The translations under genes and the position numbers were made by a program. Source: Longimicrobiales bacterium (GTDB taxonomy: Bacteria > Gemmatimonadota > Gemmatimonadetes > Longimicrobiales > Gaopeijiaceae). From it: a DNA stretch of 64,000 bases. The stretch covers positions 96,001-160,000 of the forward strand of contig OZ220732.1 of NCBI GenBank assembly GCA_965116905.1, in the 5' to 3' direction. Shown piece by piece: positions 1 to 8,460 of this stretch (the first letter of the stretch is position 1; each line of letters opens with the position of its first letter). Below the pieces are notes generated by a model. That model was not told the origin of the DNA and made no database searches. It saw only the letters and a program-made list of their open reading frames with translations.

Positions 1-310
1 TGTCGTGCTTCTCGGCCGTGCGGCCGGTCAGCGGCTGGAAGACGTGCGTAAAGTGGGTCGCGCCTCGCGAGAGAGCCCAGTCCTTCATTGCGGCGGCAAC
101 GGCGTCCGCGACATCGGCAGTCGGTTTGTCGCCGTGTTCGATCGTCGCCATGAGCTGCTTGTAGATGCCTTCGGCGAGGCGATCCTGCATCTGAGAGAGC
201 CCGAAAGCGTCTTCGCCGAAAACCTCGGCGAGGTGGTACGGTTCCCTGGACGCGGGGGTCCAGGTGCGGACGGCGTTGACGGAATCAAAGGGCTTCGCGG
301 AGTGGGCCAT
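1..310 (-). CDS. glnA: Glutamine synthetase type III, N-terminal part (runs off the window's left edge)
   Basis: Manual translation from ATG at 310: MAHSAKPFDSV...AMKDWALSRGATHFTHVFQPLTGRTAEKHD, the characteristic GSIII N-terminal motif. Not in the ORF track because it is truncated. Confidence 0.9.
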   Translation of the reverse strand, partial: MAHSAKPFDSVNAVRTWTPASREPYHLAEVFGEDAFGLSQMQDRLAEGIYKQLMATIEHGDKPTADVADAVAAAMKDWALSRGATHFTHVFQPLTGRTAEKHD

Positions 311-473
311 CGGGTGTCGTTCCTCGTCGTCTGAGGGTGCGCTCGGGCGCCGGTTTTGGCAGTTCCGGCGGGCCCGATTGAACTGGGGGACTGCAAAAGT
401 TACCGGGATTACGGGAAAGGTGCAAAACGCCAGCAGGCAAGCCTGTGAGACCAGCGAAACAAGAGCCCCGGAC

Positions 474-514
474 TGTAAAGTAATGTTTACATAATGGAAA
501 TCAGAGTTTCCATT
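474..514. promoter_or_regulatory. Tandem palindromic operator pair TGKAAA-N6-TTTMCA
   Basis: TGTAAA-GTAATG-TTTACA (474-491) and AATGGAAA-TCAGAG-TTTCCATT (493-514), cores 21 bp apart, in the AT-rich divergent intergenic region. Confidence 0.6.
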
Positions 515-737
515 TTGACTTTGCCTGGGACGGCAGTCACGGCAACGCGCAGCTACCCGCGCCGGCCTGCGGCAACTTCCGGCGGTGACTCTCCGTATCT
601 GATGTTATCGCACCGGGTCTTCCGCCCGGAGAAAACGCGGCGAATCCGGCGCGCCGGAATTCGCGCAACAGTCGGACAATGCTACACTAAGATGCTGCCG
701 AGCCCACACTTGGTAATCCTCACACCAGGGGACACCC

Positions 738-2264
738 ATGGCGCCAACGCCGACCGCCTCATCTCTGGTTGAACGATTCAGGCTCAAGGAACGCGGTCGG
801 GAACGCGGTCATGAAGGCCAGCCACACCCCAGCCAGCCGACGCTCGACAACGTGGAGACCGAGGTTGTGGCCTACTGCGACGACCTGTACGCAAACAGGC
901 GCAACGAGTACCACCGCCACCGCTCCGCGCTTGAGGAACGCTTGCGGCCGCCACCTGCCAACCGTGGCGCCGACCCACTTGTCGAAAAAGCTTGCAAGGA
1001 GATGAAGGACGCCGTCGCCGAGGAGCGTCCGGACCTTGCGGGCCTGGCCAGGGAGGCCCAGCACGCGATTGGCGAGGTCAACCGCTTCAGGCGTGACGAA
1101 GCGCGGACGGCAGACGCCGACTTCCCCGAAAGCCGCGGCTGGCACTGGGGACTGCTCGTCGCTCTGATCGTTGTCGAGACTCTCGTAAACGGACTGTTCT
1201 TCGGGGCCAACGTGGAAGGTGGGCTGCTGGCCGGCACCAGTTACGCGGTCCTGATCAGTGTCGTGAACGTGGGTGTGCTCGGCTGGCTGATCGCCGCCCT
1301 GGTGCGCCTGATTCACCACCGTGACCCCCGCCGGAGGGTAGGCGGGTTGGCCGCGCTGACGGTGGTCGCCGCGGTCGCGGTCACCTGGAACCTCTTCGTT
1401 GCCCACTACCGGGAGGCGCTGCCCCCGGACTACCCCGTACCGCCCGATACGACCATGGTCGCGCAGCAGTCTGCGGTCCCTCAGGTCCCGCCTGACGCGT
1501 CTCCGCTCGAGCCGGGTCCGGTCGGAGAACCGCCAGCGGATCAGACCGGCGCTCAGGTGCCCGCCGCCGACTCCGTGCCCGAAACCTGCTGGCGCGGGCC
1601 CGACGAGACCCACGCCGACCAGGAGGCTCTCTGCCTGTTCCGGGCAAGTCCGTTCGGGCTGACCGGGTTCTACTCGTGGATGCTTCTGCTGATCGGGCTC
1701 GCCATGTGCGCGGCGGCCGCGATGGACTGGTTCAAGACGGACGACCCGTACCCGGGCTACGGGAAGCGGGAAAGGCGCCGGCGGAACACCGAGGAGCGGC
1801 TCCTCGACGACCGCCGCGAGCTTCTCGGTGATCTCAACGAGCTCCACGACGGTGCCGCGCGCAAGCTGCGCACCGATTTCCGAGACCCGGTCGAGGCACG
1901 GCAACTCGCCCTGAGTGACTTCAACAAGCTCGATGCCCGGCACACCGATCTGGTCGGCTTTGCGCGCGACCTCGAGAAGAGCTGCCGAGGAGCCCTGGAC
2001 ATGTATCGGACCGCAAACCGGGAAGCGCGGACTACCCCGGAGCCCCAGGTTTGGCAGACCCCGTGGGTGGCCGACTGGGATCTGCCGGAGCCACCGGACG
2101 GCTCCCGGCTGATGAGCGAAGCGGAGGCGGAGGAGCGCAGCCGGCACATGCATGAGGCGCTGGAGCAGCGTGAGAGCAGGCTGAGGGACTGCCACGACGA
2201 GTGCCGCGAGCTTGTGAACGAAATCACAAGACTGGACCCCCACGACAAGGCCGTCCCCACATGA
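738..2264 (+). CDS. Hypothetical 4-TM membrane protein with N- and C-terminal helical/coiled-coil regions
   Basis: 508 aa; hydrophobic segments WGLLVALIVVETLVNGLFFG, YAVLISVVNVGVLGWLIAALV, LAALTVVAAVAVTWNLFV, WMLLLIGLAMCAAAAM; Pro-rich loop with 2 Cys; DDPYPGYG motif; ATGA overlap with next gene. Confidence 0.8.
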   Translation: MAPTPTASSLVERFRLKERGRERGHEGQPHPSQPTLDNVETEVVAYCDDLYANRRNEYHRHRSALEERLRPPPANRGADPLVEKACKEMKDAVAEERPDLAGLAREAQHAIGEVNRFRRDEARTADADFPESRGWHWGLLVALIVVETLVNGLFFGANVEGGLLAGTSYAVLISVVNVGVLGWLIAALVRLIHHRDPRRRVGGLAALTVVAAVAVTWNLFVAHYREALPPDYPVPPDTTMVAQQSAVPQVPPDASPLEPGPVGEPPADQTGAQVPAADSVPETCWRGPDETHADQEALCLFRASPFGLTGFYSWMLLLIGLAMCAAAAMDWFKTDDPYPGYGKRERRRRNTEERLLDDRRELLGDLNELHDGAARKLRTDFRDPVEARQLALSDFNKLDARHTDLVGFARDLEKSCRGALDMYRTANREARTTPEPQVWQTPWVADWDLPEPPDGSRLMSEAEAEERSRHMHEALEQRESRLRDCHDECRELVNEITRLDPHDKAVPT

Positions 2265-3079
2265 GACGGCACCGGCGCAGACGCGCGAACAAGCAAAAAA
2301 ACCTTGCCGGGGCGGTCATCGGCGTAGTCGCCGCGCTCATTCTGATCGCCCTCTTCGTTCGCGGCCAGCGCCCGCGGCGCGCATTCGACGCCGCCAACTG
2401 TCCCGAAGACGGCCGGTACGCCGCGCAGATCGCGGTCCTGGTGGACCCCTCCGACACGCTCACCAACGTGCAGGAGGGCTCGGGTGCACCCCGGGTCCTG
2501 GAGCTCATTCAGAACGGCGCGCCCGAGACGGCCGAAATACGGATCTACACCGTCGGGCAGGCCGGCAGGGGCAACACGGGCGCCGTGCTCAGGGTGTGCA
2601 AGCCGGCTCACCCGGACGATGTCTCTTCGGTGACGGGCAATCCGCAGTTGGCGGAGCGGCGGTACCGCGACGAGTTCCTGGCCCCGCTCGAGCGCACGCT
2701 GGACGCGCTGCTCAACGTCGCGGGCGACTCGATCTCGCCGATCGTGGAGGGAATACAGGTCGCCGCGGTAGGGGCATTCCAGCCCCGCGCAGCCGACATC
2801 CCGCGCCAGCTCTTCGTCGTGTCCGACATGATCCAGAACTCGCGCAACCTCTCGTTCTACAGCGATCCCGTGGATTTCGGCCCGCTCTCGCGCACGCCGG
2901 ACTACGGCACCCTGCGCGTCGACCTCTCCGGCGTCGAGGTTTCGGTGTTCCTGCTCGCGCGCCGGGGTCGGGCCGGGCGAATCCAGGGCGGGACGCTGCG
3001 CGGCTTCTGGGAGGACTATTTCCTGGACCAGGGAGCGTCGCCGCTCGCCCGGCCCAGGTGGATCATGGTCGAAGGATGA
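2261..3079 (+). CDS. Membrane-anchored vWA-like (MIDAS-like) domain protein
   Basis: ATG at 2261 overlaps the upstream stop; basic N-terminus plus one TM; AVLVDPSDT (DxSxT), SPIVEGI and LFVVSDMIQNS resemble vWA-fold motifs. Confidence 0.65.
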   Translation: MRRHRRRRANKQKNLAGAVIGVVAALILIALFVRGQRPRRAFDAANCPEDGRYAAQIAVLVDPSDTLTNVQEGSGAPRVLELIQNGAPETAEIRIYTVGQAGRGNTGAVLRVCKPAHPDDVSSVTGNPQLAERRYRDEFLAPLERTLDALLNVAGDSISPIVEGIQVAAVGAFQPRAADIPRQLFVVSDMIQNSRNLSFYSDPVDFGPLSRTPDYGTLRVDLSGVEVSVFLLARRGRAGRIQGGTLRGFWEDYFLDQGASPLARPRWIMVEG

Positions 3080-4458
3080 CGCCCGCTCCCGCGTACCGGC
3101 TCGCCTCAAACTCCGAAGACGCTCGCAGGCAGCACCGCGACGCCTGGCTGATCGTACTGGCCATCGGCTGCGCGATCATCGTCTTCGGGAATCTCTTCGG
3201 CATCGGGGCCTGGTGGCTCGCATCGGCCGTCGCCGTGTGCATGGTCATCTATGGGTTCGGCATCCAGATCTACGTCGACGACGGCGACGTGCCCGGCGAC
3301 ATCAAGGGCGACTCGATCTACTACCTGGGCCTCCTCTTCACCTTTGCGGCCCTGGTCGCGGCCCTCATCACCTTCGACTGGGGCGCGGCGGGCACGGATG
3401 CAGACGGCACCACCGGATCCATCCGGAACTTCGGCATCGCGCTGCTGACGACGATCGTGGGATTGGCGGGCCGCGTCTGGTTCACGATGTCGCAGGAGTC
3501 GCCCGGAGACATCGCGGACACCGCCAGGTCGGAGCTGGAAGAGACGGTATCCCTGATGAAGGAGAGTCTCGACCGGGCGCGCGACGACCTGGACATCATG
3601 GCGAACAAGTTCCGGGACTCGTCCGCGGGTCTCGCGAAGACGGCCGCAACCATCGTGGAGAGCACAAAGAGAACGGCGGGAACGTACCAAGCGCTGGACG
3701 CGTACACCGGTCAGGTCGCCGGCGCTGCGGAGTCGCTCACCCATCAGATGGACCAGTTGAAGGGCGTGTGCGGCTTGTGCGCCAGCGCTCTCCTCTCGTT
3801 GCAGGAAACCGCAAGGGAGCTGGGGACCCATTTGGACGACGTGCCGGCCCGCCTCGGGAGTCATTTCGACAGGGCCCAGGCCCAACTCAAGAAGGCGGAA
3901 GCCACCTTCGACGGGATCAACAGGGTGGCAGGCCCCGCCGCGGAGCGAGTCGCCGATACGTTGCGGGGGGTGGAGGGCACCGCCGCCGCCGCGTCCGCGC
4001 TCGGCCGGTCCCTTTCGGGCATGCGCGGAAGTGCCGAGCAGGCCGGGAAGGCGCTCGCGGGCATCGCCGATGCGGTGGACAGTCACGAGGCTCTTCCCCT
4101 CTGGCAGGAGTCCGTGGACCAACTGCACGAAGGGACCCGGGGCATCCGTGGCATTGCCAGGCGCGCGGCCGAAATGAACGCCGAGTTCGAGGAGCTCAAG
4201 GCATCCCTGCGGGCCGCCCGCGAGGGGCTCGCGTCCGTCCCCGGCTCAGCCCGCTCGATCACCGAGCAGCTCGACCGAACGAGGCCGGATCTGACCACGA
4301 GCCTGGCGCCGCTTCACGCGGTGGCGCAGGACCTGCACGCCGAGCCGTCGGCCGAGCCGGCCAGCCGGATCCGGCGGGCGATGGCAGCGCCTCGGCGGGC
4401 GGTGGCGGGTACCTGGCGGGCGTGGAAGCGGGTGACCGCATTCCGGCGGCAGCACTGA
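3076..4458 (+). CDS. MotA/TolQ/ExbB/ZorA-like proton-channel subunit with long C-terminal helical tail
   Basis: ATG at 3076 (ATGA overlap); four hydrophobic segments including YYLGLLFTFAALV and FGIALLTTIVGL, which match the last two TMs of the MotA/ExbB family; followed by about 300 aa of Ala-rich heptad helix. Confidence 0.7.
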   Translation: MTPAPAYRLASNSEDARRQHRDAWLIVLAIGCAIIVFGNLFGIGAWWLASAVAVCMVIYGFGIQIYVDDGDVPGDIKGDSIYYLGLLFTFAALVAALITFDWGAAGTDADGTTGSIRNFGIALLTTIVGLAGRVWFTMSQESPGDIADTARSELEETVSLMKESLDRARDDLDIMANKFRDSSAGLAKTAATIVESTKRTAGTYQALDAYTGQVAGAAESLTHQMDQLKGVCGLCASALLSLQETARELGTHLDDVPARLGSHFDRAQAQLKKAEATFDGINRVAGPAAERVADTLRGVEGTAAAASALGRSLSGMRGSAEQAGKALAGIADAVDSHEALPLWQESVDQLHEGTRGIRGIARRAAEMNAEFEELKASLRAAREGLASVPGSARSITEQLDRTRPDLTTSLAPLHAVAQDLHAEPSAEPASRIRRAMAAPRRAVAGTWRAWKRVTAFRRQH

Positions 4459-4474
4459 CCTCGGGCCCCGACGA

Positions 4475-5689
4475 ATGCTGCCCGCCGAGAAGAAGCACTA
4501 TCGCAAGGGGTTGGCGCTGGGGCTGACCCTGGCCGAGACGTTCAGCATCGTCGTCTTCATCCTGTTGCTCGCGTGCGCCGTCCTGCTCCGCTTCGAGCAA
4601 TTCCAGCGGGACACGGCCGAAGCGCAGCTCGACACCGCCAGAGTCGATCTCCACCTCACCCAGGAACTGCTGAACACGGAGACCGTTTCCTGGGGCAACG
4701 CGCACGCCTGGTACGAATACGCGCGGCAGCTTCGCGACACCGTGGAAGCGCTGCAGGCCCGGGTGCTTGACGCCGAGCGCGCGCGAGACCAGGCCAGCAT
4801 ACGCGTAGCGCAGGCAGACTCACTGCTGGCCGAAAACGGCATATCGGAAGAGGTCGCGGACCGGGCCGCGCGCCTTGCAGGCGAACGCGATTCACTGAGG
4901 GCCGCCGCGGCAGAGAGCGACCGGCGTCTGCGGGAGGCGACCGCCCTGCGAGACTCGCTCGCTCAGCGCCTGGCCGATACGGAAAGGGTCGCCGACGAGC
5001 TTCGCGACGGTCTCGCCGGGGCCAACGGCCTGACTCCAGAGGAAGCCGAAGGCATCATCGGACAGGCGGCACGGTCCGCCGACCTGCGCGACTCGCTGGA
5101 CGCAGCCAAAAGGACGATCGGAGCCCTCGATCAGCAACTCAGGGCCGCCAGGGCAGAGATGCTCGCAGACCCCGATTCGCTTGTCGACTCACTCCGTGCC
5201 GGCCTCAGCGAGAGCCGCTTCCGCGAGGACACGTTGCGCAGCCGGGTCTGGGACGCCGAACGCGAGCGGAACGACGCCGTCGGGAGGGCCGAATACAGGG
5301 AGGCCCAGCTCGAGCAGCTTCGCCAGGGCAGCGGAATCGATCCCCCGCCCTGCTGGCTCGACCCCGAGGGCAATCCCGAGTACATCTTCCGGATCGAGCT
5401 GACCGACGGCGGCATGCGCCTGTTCGGAATCGCCCCCGGACACAGGATCACCGGCGACCCCGAGGCCGCGGGGTACGCTGCCGCGATCGAGGACGGCCGG
5501 GAGTACGCGTCGGCGGAGTTCCTGCGCCTCACCCAGCCCTTCTACACCCTGGGTGTGTCCCGAACCCAGGCCTTTGGCCCGATGGGGTGCCGCTTCTGGA
5601 TCCGGCCCGTCGACCGGACCGGCGACCGCAAGGATGTCTTCCAGGAGCGGCAGGATCAACTGTGGCGGCGGTTCTGGTTTCGGTGGTAG
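4475..5689 (+). CDS. MotB/ZorB-like single-TM protein with long coiled-coil stalk and unrecognised Cys-containing C-terminal domain
   Basis: N-terminal GLTLAETFSIVVFILLLAC resembles the MotB TM (acidic residue at the start of the helix); long coiled coil; C-terminal PPPCWLD...GCRFWIR with no OmpA motif visible. Confidence 0.6.
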   Translation: MLPAEKKHYRKGLALGLTLAETFSIVVFILLLACAVLLRFEQFQRDTAEAQLDTARVDLHLTQELLNTETVSWGNAHAWYEYARQLRDTVEALQARVLDAERARDQASIRVAQADSLLAENGISEEVADRAARLAGERDSLRAAAAESDRRLREATALRDSLAQRLADTERVADELRDGLAGANGLTPEEAEGIIGQAARSADLRDSLDAAKRTIGALDQQLRAARAEMLADPDSLVDSLRAGLSESRFREDTLRSRVWDAERERNDAVGRAEYREAQLEQLRQGSGIDPPPCWLDPEGNPEYIFRIELTDGGMRLFGIAPGHRITGDPEAAGYAAAIEDGREYASAEFLRLTQPFYTLGVSRTQAFGPMGCRFWIRPVDRTGDRKDVFQERQDQLWRRFWFRW

Positions 5690-5897
5690 GGGGGCTTGTC
5701 ATCATTGAGATCTGAGCGCTGATCGTTCGTTTTTCAATGATGAACCCCCGCGAGCGCATCTTCTGGCCCCCGTTGACCGCTGGCCGCAAAAAAAAAGGTG
5801 AATACCCTCCAGCCCGCGTGCGTATTTCGTAGACAGACCTGACGCGAAACGGGCTCGCCCGACTTCCGCGCCCGAACGCGCAACCCGGAGGACCCGC

Positions 5898-6170
5898 ATG
5901 GCCGACTCCAGCAAGTGCCAGGAGAGCGGGAACATCGCGCGTGACACCGTCCGCCGGCACCTCAAGTCCAAGCGGGGGCGCGGTGGTCCGGGCTTCCTCT
6001 CGCTCCTCGCCCTGCTCTTCATCGGGCTGAAGCTGACGGGTCACATCGAATGGTCGTGGGTCTGGGTGCTCTCGCCCCTCTGGTTCAAGATCCTGTTCGC
6101 GCTGCTGATGGTCGTGGCGGCAGTAGGCATTCACAAGAAGACGGGATGGAAGCCCTCCGGGAAGACCTGA
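5898..6170 (+). CDS. Small membrane protein of a type common in phages (Tmemb_185A / Fragile-X-F-like motif)
   Basis: GGAGG RBS; GFLSLLALLFIGLKLTGHIEWSWVWVLSPLW motif. Confidence 0.7.
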   Translation: MADSSKCQESGNIARDTVRRHLKSKRGRGGPGFLSLLALLFIGLKLTGHIEWSWVWVLSPLWFKILFALLMVVAAVGIHKKTGWKPSGKT

Positions 6171-6257
6171 AAAGTCCCCTGAGGGGTCCGTGGACGACCT
6201 CGCGCGAGCACGGAGAGTGGTGAGGCCACGCCAAGCTCACCGACTCGACACTTGTCG

Positions 6258-6626
6258 TTAGTCTCGCAAACTCGCGATTTGTCCACTCAGGTCGCTTCGC
6301 AACGTCCCCATTTGGCCAGTCAGTTCCGAACGGACCTGCCCGATTTCCAGGCGCAGTTCCTTTCTCAGGTCCGCAATCAGATCGCGCGTTTCGATCCGGG
6401 CATCCTGGATCTCGAGCCGGACATCCTGGATCTCGAGCCGGGTCTTCTGGATCTCGAGCCGGGTTTCAATCCGGAATTCCTGCAGCTCCCCTCGCAGATC
6501 CGCGAGCGCCTGGGACAGCGTCCAGACGCCGCCCCCTACCGTGACCGCCACGACCAGGACGAAGTGCCCCAGTTGAACGGGTTGGCTGAGTCTCGGCACG
6601 ATCGCCGCCCTCACCCCCTCCTCCAT
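6258..6626 (-). CDS. Small TM plus coiled-coil protein (CCDC90/DUF1640-like)
   Basis: Hydrophobic segment then heptads RLEIQKT/RLEIQDV/RLEIQDA. Confidence 0.6.
   Translation of the reverse strand: MEEGVRAAIVPRLSQPVQLGHFVLVVAVTVGGGVWTLSQALADLRGELQEFRIETRLEIQKTRLEIQDVRLEIQDARIETRDLIADLRKELRLEIGQVRSELTGQMGTLRSDLSGQIASLRD
6395..6470. repeat. 21-bp tandem repeat, about 3.5 copies, encoding coiled-coil heptads
   Basis: CTGGATCTCGAGCCGG core recurs with period 21. Confidence 0.85.
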
Positions 6627-6732
6627 GAAGCTCCTCCCGCGCTGCCGCCGGGAATCCGAAGACCCGGCGAGCGCACTCCGCCGCCCGCACCCTCCCTCGA
6701 CTCACAACTTGACCGCAAACGTCCCCGAAGCG

Positions 6733-8460
6733 CTACCCTTCCACCGTGAAGTGGAACATCATGCCCGCGCTAAGGTGCTCGGCGATGTGGCAATGCAGCA
6801 TCCAGTCGCCGGGGTTCGACATCTCCACCAGGATGTCCATGGTCGAGCCGACGGGCAGGATCGCGGTGTCCTTCCAGACCAGGTTGTCGTTGGGAACGTC
6901 GTCGCGGGCGAGCACTACGAACCGCTGCCCGTGCACGTGGATGGGGTGGTTCATGGGGTGGAAGGAGTCGGGCGAGTTGAAGACGCGGATCTTCACGAGG
7001 TCGCCCCTCTGGAAGGTCCAGTGGATATCGGCGTTTTCGCGGCCGGTGGCGAGGTCCCGCAGGACCCAGGTGACCTGCGTGCCCGACGACAGCCAGTTCA
7101 TCATGGGCATCGCGTCGTTCCACTCCATGGGAGGGATATAGAGCGTGTCCATCTCCATCGAGCGGATGATCGGGAGCGGGAGCCCCTGGACCCGTACGGT
7201 GGCCTCGAGAGTGTAGTCCGGCGCACGGCCCGCGTGCACGCGCATGGCCACCACCTCGGCCGCCACCTCTTCGATGCCGCGCAGCGTCTCGTACGCCTCC
7301 GTGACCTCGTCGGCGACCGGCGGCCCGGCGACCGTGACCCGCGCCAGGGTGTCCACGTGCGGGTAGAACTCGCCCCGGAAGTGGTTGATGGCCTGGATCG
7401 TATTCGCGATCGCCACCTCACCCTCCTCCGGGAAGACCACGTCCACCACGTACCGCTCGGCCGGCGCGATCACCACGCTCGACACCCAGTCCTCGCGCTC
7501 GAAGCGGCTCACGTCCGACGCGACCAGCTTCACGCGCCCCGACCCGAAAGTGACGTTGAAGGTGCGGGTGTTGGCGACGTTGGTCATGAAGAAGCGAACG
7601 ACCTCGCCCGGGCGGACCTGGAGCCCGTGTCCCGTCACGCCATTGACAAGCATCACGTTGCCGAAGCGCCCCATGAGCGCGTGGGTCGGCGCTTCCATTC
7701 CCCACGGGATCAGACCCTGGTCGTCCATCAGGATGTCGTCCAGGACCAGCATCTCCTCGCGGTGGGCGGGGCCATAGTAGTCCGGGTCGGGTGACGAGAC
7801 GAGAAGGTTGCCGTAGAGGCCCAGGTCCTGCTGCACGTCCTCGCGCATGTGGGGGTGGTACCAGAACATCCCCGCGTCGGGGACGTGCAGTTCGTAGGTG
7901 AACGACTCGCCGACCTCGATGGGGTCCTGGGTGAGCGTCTCGACGCCGTCGAAGCGGTTCTCGAGGCGGAGGCCGTGCCAGTGCACGGTGGTGGGGCTCT
8001 CGATCCGGTTGGTCACGCGCACCACGACCGTCGAGCCCTGCGGCGCTTGGATCAGCGGCCCGGGATACTGGCCGTTGTAGCCGTACATCGCCGCCGTGTG
8101 GCCGTTCAGCGTGCGCCGCACGATGGTGACATCGACATCGAAGGTGTCGCCCGCCGCCAGGTGCACGACCTCGCTGGGCCGCGCCTCGGGCAGGGTCATG
8201 ACGTCGATCCCCGCCGCCGCGAGGAAGGGCTCGACCGGCGGCAGCGCCATCTCCAGACCCGGGATCATGGGCATGTTCGGGTCCATGGGGGGCATGCGCC
8301 AGCCGCCACCCATGTCATGCATCATGTGGGCGGCGTGGTCCATCTCCTGGGCGGCAGCGGGCGGCACCGCGAGAAAGAGGACGGTGCCGGGCGCGACAAG
8401 GAGGACGGCCGTCGCGGCCGCGCGGAGCACGGCGGCCGCAGGCGCAACAACCCTACTCAT
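6733..8460 (-). CDS. Multicopper oxidase (CueO/CopA-like), Met/His-rich N-terminus
   Basis: HWHG, WYHPH, HPIHVHG and HCHIAEHLSAGM copper-binding motifs; signal peptide. Confidence 0.95.
   Translation of the reverse strand: MSRVVAPAAAVLRAAATAVLLVAPGTVLFLAVPPAAAQEMDHAAHMMHDMGGGWRMPPMDPNMPMIPGLEMALPPVEPFLAAAGIDVMTLPEARPSEVVHLAAGDTFDVDVTIVRRTLNGHTAAMYGYNGQYPGPLIQAPQGSTVVVRVTNRIESPTTVHWHGLRLENRFDGVETLTQDPIEVGESFTYELHVPDAGMFWYHPHMREDVQQDLGLYGNLLVSSPDPDYYGPAHREEMLVLDDILMDDQGLIPWGMEAPTHALMGRFGNVMLVNGVTGHGLQVRPGEVVRFFMTNVANTRTFNVTFGSGRVKLVASDVSRFEREDWVSSVVIAPAERYVVDVVFPEEGEVAIANTIQAINHFRGEFYPHVDTLARVTVAGPPVADEVTEAYETLRGIEEVAAEVVAMRVHAGRAPDYTLEATVRVQGLPLPIIRSMEMDTLYIPPMEWNDAMPMMNWLSSGTQVTWVLRDLATGRENADIHWTFQRGDLVKIRVFNSPDSFHPMNHPIHVHGQRFVVLARDDVPNDNLVWKDTAILPVGSTMDILVEMSNPGDWMLHCHIAEHLSAGMMFHFTVEG

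Noticed and set aside
2596..3075. N-terminal extension of the 620-aa ORF
   Set aside because: Overlaps the vWA-like gene in another frame and is Arg/Pro-rich noise; the ATGA-coupled start at 3076 is preferred.
738..5689. Calling the operon canonical Zorya or flagellar motAB
   Set aside because: No ZorC/D/E-like helicase or nuclease, no OmpA domain and no flagellar genes; only partial resemblance is supported.
5788..5796. A9 homopolymer as a phase-variable promoter tract
   Set aside because: A TTGACC lies upstream, but there is no convincing -10 at the proper spacing and no evidence of variation.
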